DNA from: Bugula neritina
Lineage: Eukaryota; Animalia; Bryozoa
Assembly: GCA_964035545.1 (NCBI GenBank)
Contig: OZ037768.1
Span: 5,922,741 to 5,986,740 of the forward strand
Direction of reading: 5' to 3'
Length of the DNA: 64,000 bases
Shown here: one piece after another, positions 1 to 12,892 of the stretch
How positions within the stretch are numbered: position 1 is the stretch's first letter
How the letters are laid out: each line of letters begins with the position of its first letter
Position numbers and translations under genes: made by a program
The notes under the pieces: model-generated
What the model saw: only the letters and a program-made list of their open reading frames with translations
What the model was told of the DNA's origin: nothing
Database searches by the model: none

Positions 1-204
1 ACCAGACAGTTCACTCAACACAGTACCACATGATGTCACTATACCAGACAGTTCACTCAACACAGTACCACATGATGTCACTATACCAGACAGTTCACTC
101 AACACAGTACATGATGTCACTGTAACAGACAGTTCACTCAACACAGTGCATGACGTCACTGTACCAGACAGTTCACTCAACTCAGTGCATGACGCCACTG
201 TGCC
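1..204 (+). repeat. Exonic 42/39-bp tandem repeat encoding PDSSLNTV(P)HDVT(I/V)
   Basis: About 5 copies of ccagacagttcactcaacacagt(acc)acatgatgtcact; the frame is open and continuous with the PMS2 exon. Confidence 0.85.
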
Positions 205-3200
205 ACTCTCGAAGTCATGTGATGATGAAGCCTGTGGTCCCTGTGACTTGGAGAGTGCTGATGAGTTATTCTGTGCCAGTCAATCATACGTTAGTTACCT
301 AATTTTATTCTGTTGAAATATCCACAGTTATTGTTACAATGTAAATCAACAATGTTTATCGGTTCATTATTTAACTGAATAAATTTATTGTAGTTTATAT
401 TAATGTATATCCATCATTGCATTGGACTATAATATTTGGAACATATTTTATACTTATGAGACCTTACATGTTGATTACTAGAGATATCAGTGGTAGTCTA
501 ATCTTTATCAGTCAGCAACCCAATTCTTTCCATTTTAGCATTAGTTACTGCTCATGTGTTTCTTTAAAAGCCTGAAGTCATATTGCCAGTATAATTTACA
601 TTCTATAGTCTGTCAAAAAAACAAAGTAGAGCATTTAATTCTACCAATTACTTTCACTTTTATTTGTTAAAAACGTAAAAGTGTGTACGCCATGAAAATT
701 TAAAATAAGCAAATGATCATGAATGTAATTTGATGAAAGATTTACATATGTTTGTAGTGGTTAATAAATATTCAATGTATATTATTATGAATGCATATTT
801 TTAAAATTATTCCCGAAGCTAAATAGACAAATATAATTAGGTTCAAAGAAAAAGTATAATATTTCGGCTATTGTATCTCCTGTTAGAAACTGGATGCACC
901 AAACACCAGGCAAAGACAGGAGTTATCTGTCCAGTTTAGTCTACAGAGTATTAAAGACAGATACAGATCTTCAACAGATGCCAAGGCCAAGTCGTTGACC
1001 TGCCCTCTGTTTAGAGCTAAAATAACACCTGAGCAGAATACTGATGCTGAAAGTGAACTTAAAAAGTCCATCAGGTCAATAGTCAACCCTTGTATGAGTC
1101 ATATTAGAATTATTCATTAGTAAATATACTTAAATTATTATTATTGTAGTGCAATATCAATTAACAATGGTTGACTTATTTGATGAAGTAGTGAAAAAAT
1201 TACATTTCCCTTCATTATTAATGCCTTCCAGTGTCTTTTTTCTGACAGTTCTACTGATAATAGCAAGCTCTGCACATGTATCATTACACTGGTATATGCT
1301 ATGTTGAGTTGTTTGTATTTTGTCTACTCAATATGTAGATAGCATCTTTCAGTACACTTTGCATCAAAAGCTTGGGCAGTTAACGTCCTCGTAGAATTAT
1401 AAATATTTTTATTTATCTATACCACAGTATTGAGATACTGGCAATATGATTTAATTTCTTCAAAACGTTTGAAGTGTGAAATTACCCTGTCAACGTGAAA
1501 GCACTGCTTTTAGAGCCTGTAGACTGAGCTCTCTGTGTAGACTGAGCTCTCTGTGTAGACTGAGCTCTCTGTGTAGACTGAGCTCTCTGTGTAGACTGAG
1601 CTCTCTGTGCAGACTGAGCTCTCGGTGTAGACTGAGCTCTCGCACTTTTCTATCATTGTGTTACAGTAAATCAGATTTCAGCAAGATGGAAGTGTTGGGT
1701 CAATTTAATCACGGCTTCATAATCAGCAGACTACACGGTGATCTGTTCATCATTGATCAGCACGCAACAGATGAGAAATACAATTTTGAGATGCTACAGC
1801 AACATACAGTCATTAAAAGACAAGCTCTATTAATGTAAGCATAATTGGCTTGTATTTACTCGTGTTATATTGTATTGTATCAAGACTCCATCAACATGAT
1901 TATAGTAGTTGTAAATAAAGTTAATCATTTATTTTGGTGTTATGGTACACACAGCTGAAAATAGAGGTGGTAATGTAGGCATTTAGATTGGTAGTTTTAG
2001 AAAAACTAACCCATTTTAGTTCTGAATAATGAGATAATTGTCAACTGCAGTTTTAATGAGTAAAAACTGTTATTAGACAAGGAAAGAGTGATTTTAGTTG
2101 GTAGTAATGGAGTATTACAGTATTGTCATTAAAATATAGTTTGACAAATATCTGTATATTTTATATTTTAAATTAGCAATGTGTAATTAGTATTATTTTC
2201 ATTAAATAATTTATGGTTAACTAAATGTTATTTTTGTTGTTGAACTGTGACTAGCATTGCTTATGGATTAATGTATGTATAATATTTTCAGTCCCAAACC
2301 TCTAGATTTATCGTCCACCAACGAGTTATTACTGATGGACCATATAGGCGTGTTCCATAAGAATGGATTTGAATTTGTAATTGACAAAGAAGCTGAACCA
2401 ACAAAGCGGGTTTTACTAAAGACTCAGCCAGTCAGCAAGAATTGGTCTTTTGGTAAAGATGGTGAGTATTGTTGTTGTGAAATTATCTCTCCATATCTCC
2501 CAGATCCATTAAACTTGGCCATTGTGTTCCTATACATACATATATAAGCCAGAAAACGGGGCCCATGCCCTTCTCGTGACGTATGGAATTTCGTGAAAAA
2601 TTTCTCTGTGAGATATGAAGGGAGCATGTATATAACAAATCATATTGTAATAATTTTCAACATTCCTTAGCACCTTGTTACAGGAAAGAAAGCAATGTGC
2701 TCCTCATTTTCAGATGGTTTATTAAAATAAATTGTTCTCTAATGTTAATTTACTTTTTTTCAGATATTGATGAAATACTATATATGCTGAGAGAGTCTTC
2801 AGTAAGTGCATTTGAGTAATTATTTCTGTGAGTTATTATGCTGTTATTTAGTACTTGGTTACTAACAAATAAAATTAGTACTTTAAGTTATATCAGTTTG
2901 TCAATGTATTTGAATAAGTGCACTAAAACAGAGCTACACTTCTTAGGAAAGGTTCTTTCGACCAAGTCGAGTAAGAGCCATGTTTGCATCCAGAGCCTGC
3001 AGAAAGTCTGTTATGATCGGAAAGCCGTTGTCGGTACAGGAAATGAGACGGATTGTGCAACATATGGGGGAGATTGAGCAACCGTGGGTAAGTCACGACC
3101 TCTACTTGCTGACCTCATGCACATCTTTAACTGGATTAGATATTACAGTTATGCAACTCTCAAGAGATATAAGTGCACATATATGTTGGCAGTGTACTTT

Positions 3201-3431
3201 AAGATATTGAGCGCTTTTTGTTTACTGTAGAATTATTTTATTGGCTCACAATAACTATACTTTAAGAATTATATTTCATCTTTATAATATGTTTGAGTAA
3301 AAATTTGAAAAATGCTCAAATTTTGTAAACATTGCATGTTTTAAAGTAATGTAATTTATTTTTAGAACTGTCCCCACGGAAGGCCGACTATGAGACATTT
3401 AGTTAACCTTGAATTGCTTACGGAGAATTAG
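1..3431 (+). CDS. PMS2: Mismatch repair endonuclease PMS2, 3' part (exons approx. <1-289, 887-1074, 1667-1834, 2292-2461, 2764-2801, 2947-3087, 3366-3431)
   Basis: Spliced translation gives [46 protein letters not shown] (MutL endonuclease DQHA(X)2E(X)4E), [14 protein letters not shown] (ACR) and [14 protein letters not shown]. Introns are GT-AG with consistent phases. Confidence 0.95.
1518..1640. repeat. Intronic 18-bp minisatellite (tgtagactgagctctctg), about 7 copies
   Basis: Direct tandem copies upstream of the PMS2 acceptor at 1666. Confidence 0.9.
2486..2628 (-). mobile_element. MITE family A, partial copy (Tc1/mariner-like)
   Basis: Its reverse complement aligns along its length with 33813-33950 (tatctcac..ttcacgaaattccat..ggcttatatatgt.tgtatagg..). 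One end is flanked by TA. Confidence 0.65.
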
Positions 3432-4023
3432 CCGAGTAAATAAAAAATGCTTATCATGCTTATGTTGAAGGGTTATTTAATTTAAATCTTTTAAACTAAT
3501 TTAGGCAGTTTTTCAATATTATATATGCTGACATAGCCAGAGTTTTAAAAACTTTAATTTTATAATTCATTTTTGTAAATATTGTATTCTTGTAACATAA
3601 ATTGTATCTTTTTGTACATATAGTCTTATAATATATACATGTATACACTTGTTTAAATAACTTTCTCTTACAGGCCATTGCGTAATATTATGAAAAAACT
3701 AAGGTTATATATTGATAACCTAAAATATGACCTTCTAAGGTACTTGTGATGCAGGAGTTTTATGGCCATGCAGTTAACAAAAACAGAGATTATCAACAGC
3801 AATTAGTTACATAAGTGAGATGATTAACATACGTGGCTAGCAACAAGTGAATTACTGGTCCTTACGATTAGAAAGATACAGTCACTGCATTTATTCTTAT
3901 CTGCTGCATGAATTTGAATTATAAAATATTACTATCAATAAATATACAAACATTGGCAAACATGATTTAACAGACTCACTGCTTCGGGAGTTGTAGTTGA
4001 AGACTGACAATAAAATGTAAGGC

Positions 4024-5643
4024 ATGGGAGATGGCTGCGAATGTTGTGGAAGGAATGAAGACCGAACCACACAATACAACATCTCATCGCTGTCTAATTT
4101 TACAGGGACAACTGTGGATATTTGGAACAGCACCACTACTCCAGGCTTATTGTCTAATATAACGGCATTCACCAACACAACCAGTTTGGCTAATTCTACC
4201 ATTCCATTCAATCATACTCTATACGATAATATCACCACAACATTCGCAAGCAATGTAGTTGCCAATTCAACATTGGCCGGCAGTACACCAAGTATCAACT
4301 GTTCATTTAATTCTACTACCGAAGGATTTATATCTACGACAGCATTGGAATACGGCAGCCTTAATAGCACAAGTTCTGATGACAATCTTATTGGTCTAAT
4401 TATTGGACTTACTTTGCAGCTGCTCTCTTTTTTTCCATGTTTATTTGGCAACTTGTCTGTCTTCATAGCTTTTGTCAAATATAACAAACTTCGAACAAAA
4501 ACGAATTTTTACATAGTAAATTTAACCGTGGCAGATTTTCTTGTAGGAATATTGGTCATACCATTCGACTCTACAGAAAAAATATATGAAATCACTAGAC
4601 TCAACTCAGTGGTAAACGAAAGTTTACCAAGAGATCCCATTTTTTGTACAATTCACCGATTTATATTAACATTTTTAATGGGCTATTCGTTAGTAGCCTT
4701 GCTCATGATCTCAATAGATAGATACATTGCAGTAGCGCGGCCATTTTATTATGTTGAGAAGGTGACTTCAAAAGGCATCTTGATCACCATAGGAATCAGT
4801 TGGTTGCTGATGTTTGCACTATGTGCGCCAATACTTGACCGACTGGGAGATATTGGTGAACCATTCTACAGAGTATGCGGTTTCCCATGCTGGAACTCAC
4901 TAAAAAGTCAAGGAAAAGCATACGTCATTATACTGTATATACTGCTGGTCATCATTTACTTTAGTAACATTGTCTGCTATGCATGGGTAGCCGCTATAGC
5001 TGTAAAACAGCATCTTAAATTGAAAGACCTTACTCAAAGAAATGTTATATACAGTAAAGGGTACATCAGAAACACAAAAATAATGACTAGTATGTTTGGA
5101 ATATTCATACTATTTTGGCTGCCCTACATGCTCATCTTGACACTGCATGTTGTAGGAACATGTTCAAAAAACACCTGCATTATCCCTCGTGATATTGCTT
5201 TATCTCTCGGTGTAGTTAACTCCAGTATTAACTGCTACATATACGCCTGGAGAAAGCGAGACATTAAAGAAGTGCTATCAATGATGCTATGTTCACGTAA
5301 AAGAGTTCGTGTGGTGCCACAGGATTCCGCACAAGCTATGAGAAGAGCCAACAGAAACAACTCATCCGAATCTGCCTACAATTTTACTGCCAGACTATCA
5401 CATAGACCGACAGAGCTGTCCTTAATGGCATCGTGTCACAGCAGTGTTGTTGGATTGGACAATCTTGAAATGTCCTGCACAGTTGATATGAGCTGCTACA
5501 ATGCTGAAAACTCTAACAACATAGAATCAAGAAATAAGGATATGTGTGAATGCGAACAACAACCATCAACAGCTACCATTGAGCCTAACGATGTATCATC
5601 AGGTACAGGTGACCATCCAATTTCAATCATTAGACTAAATTGA
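4024..5643 (+). CDS. Intronless rhodopsin-like (class A) GPCR, orphan / amine-adenosine receptor-like
   Basis: 539-aa ORF with 7 hydrophobic segments: GN (TM1), NLTVADFLVG (TM2), SIDRY (TM3), W (TM4), FWLPY (TM6), NSSINCYIY (TM7). N-terminus is Thr/Ser/Asn-rich. Confidence 0.93.
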   Translation: MGDGCECCGRNEDRTTQYNISSLSNFTGTTVDIWNSTTTPGLLSNITAFTNTTSLANSTIPFNHTLYDNITTTFASNVVANSTLAGSTPSINCSFNSTTEGFISTTALEYGSLNSTSSDDNLIGLIIGLTLQLLSFFPCLFGNLSVFIAFVKYNKLRTKTNFYIVNLTVADFLVGILVIPFDSTEKIYEITRLNSVVNESLPRDPIFCTIHRFILTFLMGYSLVALLMISIDRYIAVARPFYYVEKVTSKGILITIGISWLLMFALCAPILDRLGDIGEPFYRVCGFPCWNSLKSQGKAYVIILYILLVIIYFSNIVCYAWVAAIAVKQHLKLKDLTQRNVIYSKGYIRNTKIMTSMFGIFILFWLPYMLILTLHVVGTCSKNTCIIPRDIALSLGVVNSSINCYIYAWRKRDIKEVLSMMLCSRKRVRVVPQDSAQAMRRANRNNSSESAYNFTARLSHRPTELSLMASCHSSVVGLDNLEMSCTVDMSCYNAENSNNIESRNKDMCECEQQPSTATIEPNDVSSGTGDHPISIIRLN

Positions 5644-5856
5644 TAATCTAATATTTTCACATCATTTTACAGACTAAAAATTATGTTCTAATTGTGTTAT
5701 AGTTTATTTTACTAGTGAAATATTGTTGCTTACTTTCAACCAATACACGTTGAATTTGCTCAAGAATAAAAACTTTATTATATTAATATAATATTTACAG
5801 CTATAAACAGAGTACATTTCAAAATAATGAACACAACAAAACATTAACAAATCCCT

Positions 5857-8800
5857 TCATTTGAACTGGGAGCTCATCCCAGAAGTGTTTACAATAGATG
5901 GGTCATACGGCATGCCTTGAAATGGCGATCCCTCCGAATTCCAAGCTTTTTTCAACATATTTTGCATTTCCTAAAAAACAGAGCACACAATATTATTCCA
6001 TAAACCTATTTACACATGATCTGCATAGCTAAAGCATAGAAACATCAATTTTTGGTGAACAAATACAGGTTTGTAACCACCACAGTACTTGTATGGCAGA
6101 AATTATGGCTTCATATTTGAGGTTTCATAGACAGTTATAAGTGACTGTGTGGCCTTGGTACAGAGCTGGTGTAAACATTCAAAAGACCTAAAAATCTTTA
6201 GCATCAACCAAACAATACATTCAAAACACACTGGTGTGTTTGTGAAGCACAACATGCACATTAGATCAAATAAACTTGCTTGTTTCATATATAATAGGCT
6301 TCGCACCATGTCTTCTGTACCAACCACAGATGCAATTACACTTGGAGTATTTCGCTTTATTTTAACTTATCAAATATTTTATTAAATTATCAGCAGTGTT
6401 GCTAGGACTATTTGATAACAGCAATGAACTGTCATTAAAACAATTATTAAATTTTTTTACTATTGAAGTTATTATTAAAAACTATACTATAATCCAGTAT
6501 TACTCATAGGGTTTAAAAAATTATTAACTAGTAAAATATTTAAAAAAAATATTAGGTAAAACTCATATGTTATTCATTCAGTTCTGCGTTGTCTTGTTTA
6601 TATTTAGTAGGTATTACGGAAATAAATGTAGTTTTGCTACAAAGAGCGTGTTTTTGAGGTCAATTTTTATTGTATTAATATAAGTTTCAACTGCAAGCTA
6701 GGTAAGCCTGAACCAATAAAATGTCACTAACAAGAAAGAGCCCAGTTGGTGTTTTCTACTGCTTTCCTAAACAGTCTTTACTCTTCTAAGTTTCAACAGT
6801 CTATCAAACTAGACATGCATATTATATAACAAGTTTGACATTACACTTACAAAAAGTTAATAGATAATACTGACACAGGGTTGACCACCAGAGGGCAAAC
6901 ATACCTGCTCGCTGGAGGTTGGTAGCCCCAGTTTCTTCTGCCGCTCGTCATACATAAGTTTACCAATAGCAGACTGCGCCCCGTCATCTAAGTGCTCCAT
7001 AGAAACTGAGGCCTCAATTTTCCGTGTATTTATTTTAGGCTCTTCTACAAACACTTGCTCCCACCACCTTTCTTGCACCTTCTCTAAATTTATCTGTGTA
7101 AATAGCAGTCTGATTTGACGACATATTTTAGAGATTAACATTCAACATTTAAGAGCATCAAGTATATTTGCTTAACACCAGCGAATATTTAACCTTTACA
7201 TAAAAATCATATCGAAAAATAAAATGCATTATTAGTTAATCTTGACTCTCACTTGAAGATAAAAAGCTAAATATAAAATCTAAATCTCACTGCAACCAAG
7301 AATTGAAGGCTACAAACTGTAAAACTCATAACTGGAAACGTATGGCGAGTAGTTGAGTTTAGTCTAAGCTCTTACATGAATGCAGTCTTTTGGTACGAGG
7401 CTCCACATTGACTCCTCAACATTCACATCCCATGCCAAGTCTGAGTTCACAAGCTCAACCACTTGATTTTCTCCATCAATATAACTAGCAGATATGTGTT
7501 TCCTCTTTATATTCACTGAAACTTGTTTGGCTTTCAACACATTAGACGGCACCTGAAGGTTACAAAAACCCATCATCAAACTGCATAATTCTTTTTAACA
7601 ACGCAACTAGCTGGTGATAGAGTGGTAATTTTAATTTGTTACAGCTACCCTTGACACAACCAACCATCCGTACCCCAGGACATGGTGAACAGCATAGCCA
7701 TTGTACATCCAGTAGGCTAACACATATTAAACATGTTAAATTCATTATCAAAAGATTCTGTCATCTAATATGCTTACTTCAATCCTGAGATCACAGTCAG
7801 TGAGGGTCTGTGCCCATCTATATCCATCTCTCATCGCCCCGTTGTGACTTTCTGGATTCTCCTGGAACACTTGTTGACTGCAATTACAAAGATGTGCAGA
7901 CTTTATACAATTCAGAGTTCACACAAAATAATCTTCTGAACGTGCATTGAAAGCTCGTGTCCATGAAATCTACTGACATTTGCACTTTTACTGATAAGCA
8001 ATACTTATTCATTGCTTGTAAAACACTTATTTATTAAGTTCTACTAATTGATGCTCCTATATTTAGAACACCTGCTTTGTAAGCGTGTGGTTTAAAACTA
8101 AAATAAAAAGTGATATATTTATGTCAATACAAAATATAATTGTCATAATTATCATTTTTAAGTAAATCTAAATTTTTATAATTATCAAGAGATCACCTGT
8201 TCAGAGTTTCTGTATTTTTCGTTGGAGTTTTCTCAGTTGACTCGGAGGTCTGCATAGTGGGTGGAGGATTCTGGGAAGACGACTTAGTAACATCAGAAGC
8301 TTTCTTATTTTTTAGGTCTGCAATTCAAAATGATATGGTCAATGGTTGTATAGTCTAAACATTGTGATTGTTAGCAGTCAATCATTCTAGGACTTTAATA
8401 CTAAGTTAAATCTCGTTATACTAGGAGACTTTGAGCGAGATTCGAATTTACAAGTAAAGACCATTATGGTATCAAGTAATAAAAATTTGCCAATAAGTCA
8501 TAAAGCTTCAAAGAAAAATTATTTTTGTTAGAGATTTTATAATTTTTCCTAAACATTCCAATATATTCACAAGTGTTTGCATAGCAGATGTGCCTATAAC
8601 CTAGCTACTCTTTACGGCAAGAGGTACAGAACTCATCTCTCTAAACCTTCAATGTGTCATATTTTTCTCTCAGCATGATACTGTTTACTTAGTATAATAT
8701 ATTTCTAATGCCAAACTTCACCAAATAATGCTGGGGAATGCATTACATTTACGTAATATTTTCATTTACATCACTAACAATCATCACTCAGTTAAGGAAC

Positions 8801-10162
8801 TTTATGATATATAGTTAAAAATAACCACCACCTTTTTGATCCGGCCTTGATGGTATTACGGTTCGAGCGTCCTTGGCATTGTCTCTTTTTTCAGATAATT
8901 TCTCGTATTTCTCATAAGCCTACAATCAGTAAATTATGTGCATGCAAATGCTACAGAGTGTAGATACATCGATGTGTATTAAAGAATTTTACGTACAATT
9001 TCGGAAGTGATAAATTAAATAAAATGAATCAACAACTTTAAAATGCAATAAACTATTGCCGGAGAATCTTATGCTTACAGTGGACTGTACAGAGCATAAT
9101 GACAATTGGTTTATAATAGATAGCAATTATTAATAGATACAGAAAACTCATAAATTATGAGACATTATTACAATTATTACAATAATTTACCAGCCAGTCT
9201 AGATTAAGTAAAATATTCCCAGAGATTATTTCAGAATATTTGTCAAAATTATTTTCTGACATCAAGTGAAAACAACTCCTTTGTTATGTTATAGATACTC
9301 AATATCACTATAAACTTCCAATTACTAAAAGTACTTTATTATAGGAAATCTAGACACCCTCAGCTGCAGAGAGGACAACCCTCACCTGAATAAGAAGGCG
9401 CTGAGCAACACCCTGAGGAAAGCCTAGTTTGCTATCTCTACTCTCCATTATGTGATAGTAGTCTGTTCTAAAACCATGAGTAATATTTGTTTTAATGTAA
9501 AATTAAATTGTAAACTGCGACAAATAAATCATGTGGCTGTGTTAGCAGAAACTCATAAAAACTGAAGTGTTAAAGTAACAGCTGCTGTATGCACAACATG
9601 ACACGCAAACATTTGTGACATTTTTATACGCATTTCTTTATGATTTATTTTTATAACCTGTTTATTTGCTGATACCAAACCACAATTTTTGATTTTGGTA
9701 AATGATCAAACCAAACTTTTTAAAAATGCTAAGCAAAAAGTTGCAATTTAGAACAGATAACTCCAAAAATATTATTTGGTGTTTGGATTATTCTGTTATT
9801 TAGCAATCAGTCATAAAATTATAAAACTAATGCTTATAAACAATTCTCAATAACATACTCATACAAGATTGCTTCATGCATTATTTAAAACATTTTTATA
9901 ATATATACAAAGTTGTAACATTCAGTTTGTGCCAAAAAAATATTTTCTTCATACAATTTTAGTACCTGATTATAAAAATGGTCATAGACCATACGGGAGT
10001 AAAACACTGCAAGAGGTGAAAAAGTTGATAGCTATTCAAAGAGCCTTCTTACCTTCTGTAAAGGAAGCCCATCACTACATCTAAAAACTTGGCAATCTGA
10101 CCTTCTTTTTGAAGAATACCCAATAGTGTAGCATCATATATCTCGTTCTCAGCTGTTGCCAT
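5857..10162 (-). CDS. NUDCD3: NudC domain-containing protein 3 (about 8 coding exons)
   Basis: MATAENEIYDATLLGILQKEGQIAKFLDVVMGFLYRRTDYY; HNGAMRDGYRWAQTL; CS/p23 domain ..EESMWSL..INLEKVQERWW; KLMYDERQKKLGLPTS; C-terminal LKKAWNSEGSPFQGMPYDPSIV. Confidence 0.9.
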
Positions 10163-12344
10163 GGTAATTCTGGGTTTAAATTAGCTAAACTAACTAGAAG
10201 TACTCAGTTAGTCACTTAGGTTAACAGGTCAATACAATCAAGTAGATAATTTTAGACATTCAAATCAGGTCAATAAATTTTGAGTCAGCCTAATGATAAC
10301 ATTAACTTGAACTATACAAAAATTAAAATTATTACAGCTACTAGGTTACTTCTATGTTGGACACTTATAGTTGTAGGTGCAATCAAAGCAATGGTCATAG
10401 TAATCAGTCACAGTAAGAGTATTATACCAACACTGAATATCATAGCATCAGTGATAATGATATCAATATCCCTAGCAAAAATATGAATTACAATGTCATT
10501 TAACATTGATTGACATTGACACTGCAAATGTGGCATTGGCATATTCACTATCATATTGATATTGTAAAACTTTAACTGGTACTGTAAACCTAACAGCAAT
10601 TTTTTACTTCGAGCATAGTATGACTATGAGTAGCCCTATTAGTATTACTCATAATCACTTTGATAATCATAATAATAATCTCTAATCATAGTAATACTAA
10701 TAGTAATAGTCATTACTAATTAGTGTTATGATTGATTATAAATATAAGTGTAACTCAATTACACTTATATTATAGTAATACTAATAGTAATTGATGATTA
10801 ATAACAAAATTAAATCATAAAATTAAATGAATCGTTGAATTAATGAAATTGAATGTGTTATTATTTTATCATAACTATAAAATTTAATGCGACTATAAGT
10901 ATAGGATTAAGTATTAGTATAACTCAAGTATAACATTAATTAGGTATTGACAAAATTATCAAGTCGTTATTCTCATTATAGCCATGCTGATAACGAGAAT
11001 TCACTATTCATTATTCATTATTGTTGGATAAACGATTGAAACTAGAAACAAAAAATTATCTTTCAAAAAAGTGAATAAGGTCAAGGTGATTCAGCATAAG
11101 CCGCCATAAACGCAATCTCATTAACTTTGTCCAATAGAAACAGAGTTACTCGCGCGACTTATCACGTTTTATCCCCCCAAGAAACTCGCTGCATGAAACT
11201 GTACACTGCCTTCAATTAGGTATATAATATATTACCTATAATAATAATATAGTGACAATGCTATAGCCTATAGAATGCACATTCTTTAGATATAACGTGT
11301 GTGCAAATAATTTCTAATTGCATTTTCTAGACTATAATATCTAGCTCATATATTATATTTGACACACCCTCTTTTGTTTAGCTTAGACTGCAGATACATG
11401 CAGCTTGACAATAGAGCTGCCGCAATTTTAATAATCTTATTGGCTGCTTTAGGATATTTCATGTTGCACTTCTCTAACAATCCTAACTATATTTAGTATC
11501 CAGTTTTTAAGGCAGATGCAAAACTAACAATTCACTAAAGATTACCACACATGTTTTGTTTTTTTATTTCTAATATATCACTGATATTCATATTTAAGTA
11601 GTATAAGCCTATTATAGTGCATTGGCTACTTGGTAAGACGGTGTTTGAAGCATACCGGGTAGAAAGTAAAAACTAAAGCCTTGTAGTTCTATGCAACTGC
11701 CATCTAAATCAATGAAGAGGGACAACATATATTACAAAGCATTACATAGTATTCTAAACAACAAGAGCCCGACATTTATATGCTAGAAATGTGGCATTTG
11801 TCTAAATTATATTATAAAGCTTTGCAAATAAGGATAGAATTATTACTTAGTTGTTTAGTTTTTCAACTAATTTACATTCTTTATAAGCATATAATTGCAA
11901 AGTTGTACTTTCATCAACACCTAAGAATTAAGTGTTTTACAGGTAAAAAAATTATAGTTCGATAAATTTTATTTACATTTTACTCCATTGTGCAAATTTG
12001 TTAACTACTCTTATTTATAATTCAGTTTTCTTTAACTAGAAGACAAATTCATGCTTACCATTTATTTATATTTAACATACTTTTTAGAATACATGAAGGA
12101 TACATATGAAATACTTATTTATTTTTCTTATAAATTTTCAAATTAACATTAAATTGTTGTTTCATGATAACTATAAATTAGTTTATCATGGTAATTTACT
12201 CAAATCCATAAAGTAAATTTGCTTGAAACATCTTTTAAAACTCATGAATTGGTCACCAAAATAAAAAATGTGTAAATATAAAACTTATTCTATATTATTT
12301 GTCAATGAAGTTGTAGCAGACTGTAAAACTGTTTTAACTGATAG

Positions 12345-12393
<49 letters not shown>
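12345..12393. repeat. (GCT)16 microsatellite
   Basis: Perfect trinucleotide run in AT-rich non-coding context. Confidence 0.95.
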
Positions 12394-12396
<3 letters not shown>

Positions 12397-12892
12397 ATGT
12401 TGAAGATTTGGAATTGGCAATGTAGTACCCAAATGATTGTATTAATTTGTATAAATTTGTTGGACTATTTCGAAATGAATTCTATAGGTGGAAAGTGTTG
12501 TTTATAGCATATTAATAGCTGCAGTGTATGACACTTACAAGTCTGCAAGAGGTATAATGACCTAATCAAATCTGCATTTAACATTCTGAATGCAGTTTAA
12601 ATTGTATTGCATTCACTTATCACTTCAATCAGGTTAATCCTCTCCTTCGAGAAATAATCACAGCTTCAATTATTATTTTTATATGTAGGTAATTATATAA
12701 ATGTATTAGCCAATTACAACATTGGCACAATAATTCAGTTATATAGCATGTCACTAAAATGAAAGCCATATAATAGTGCTCATTACTGCATATAATATCC
12801 TAAACTTTTCTAAAGAATATCTTAACGAATAATCATGAAATTTGAAACACTGAAAAAGGCTGATCTGCGTATTAAAACTAATTCATTTGCAG

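Noticed and set aside
1476-1666. (CRLSSL)n N-terminal extension of a PMS2 ORF
   Set aside because: It is an intronic minisatellite; the real exon begins at the AG at 1666, in phase with the previous exon.
12268-12507. Poly-alanine protein ORF
   Set aside because: Produced by a (GCT)16 microsatellite; the flanks look non-coding and no compatible splice sites were found.
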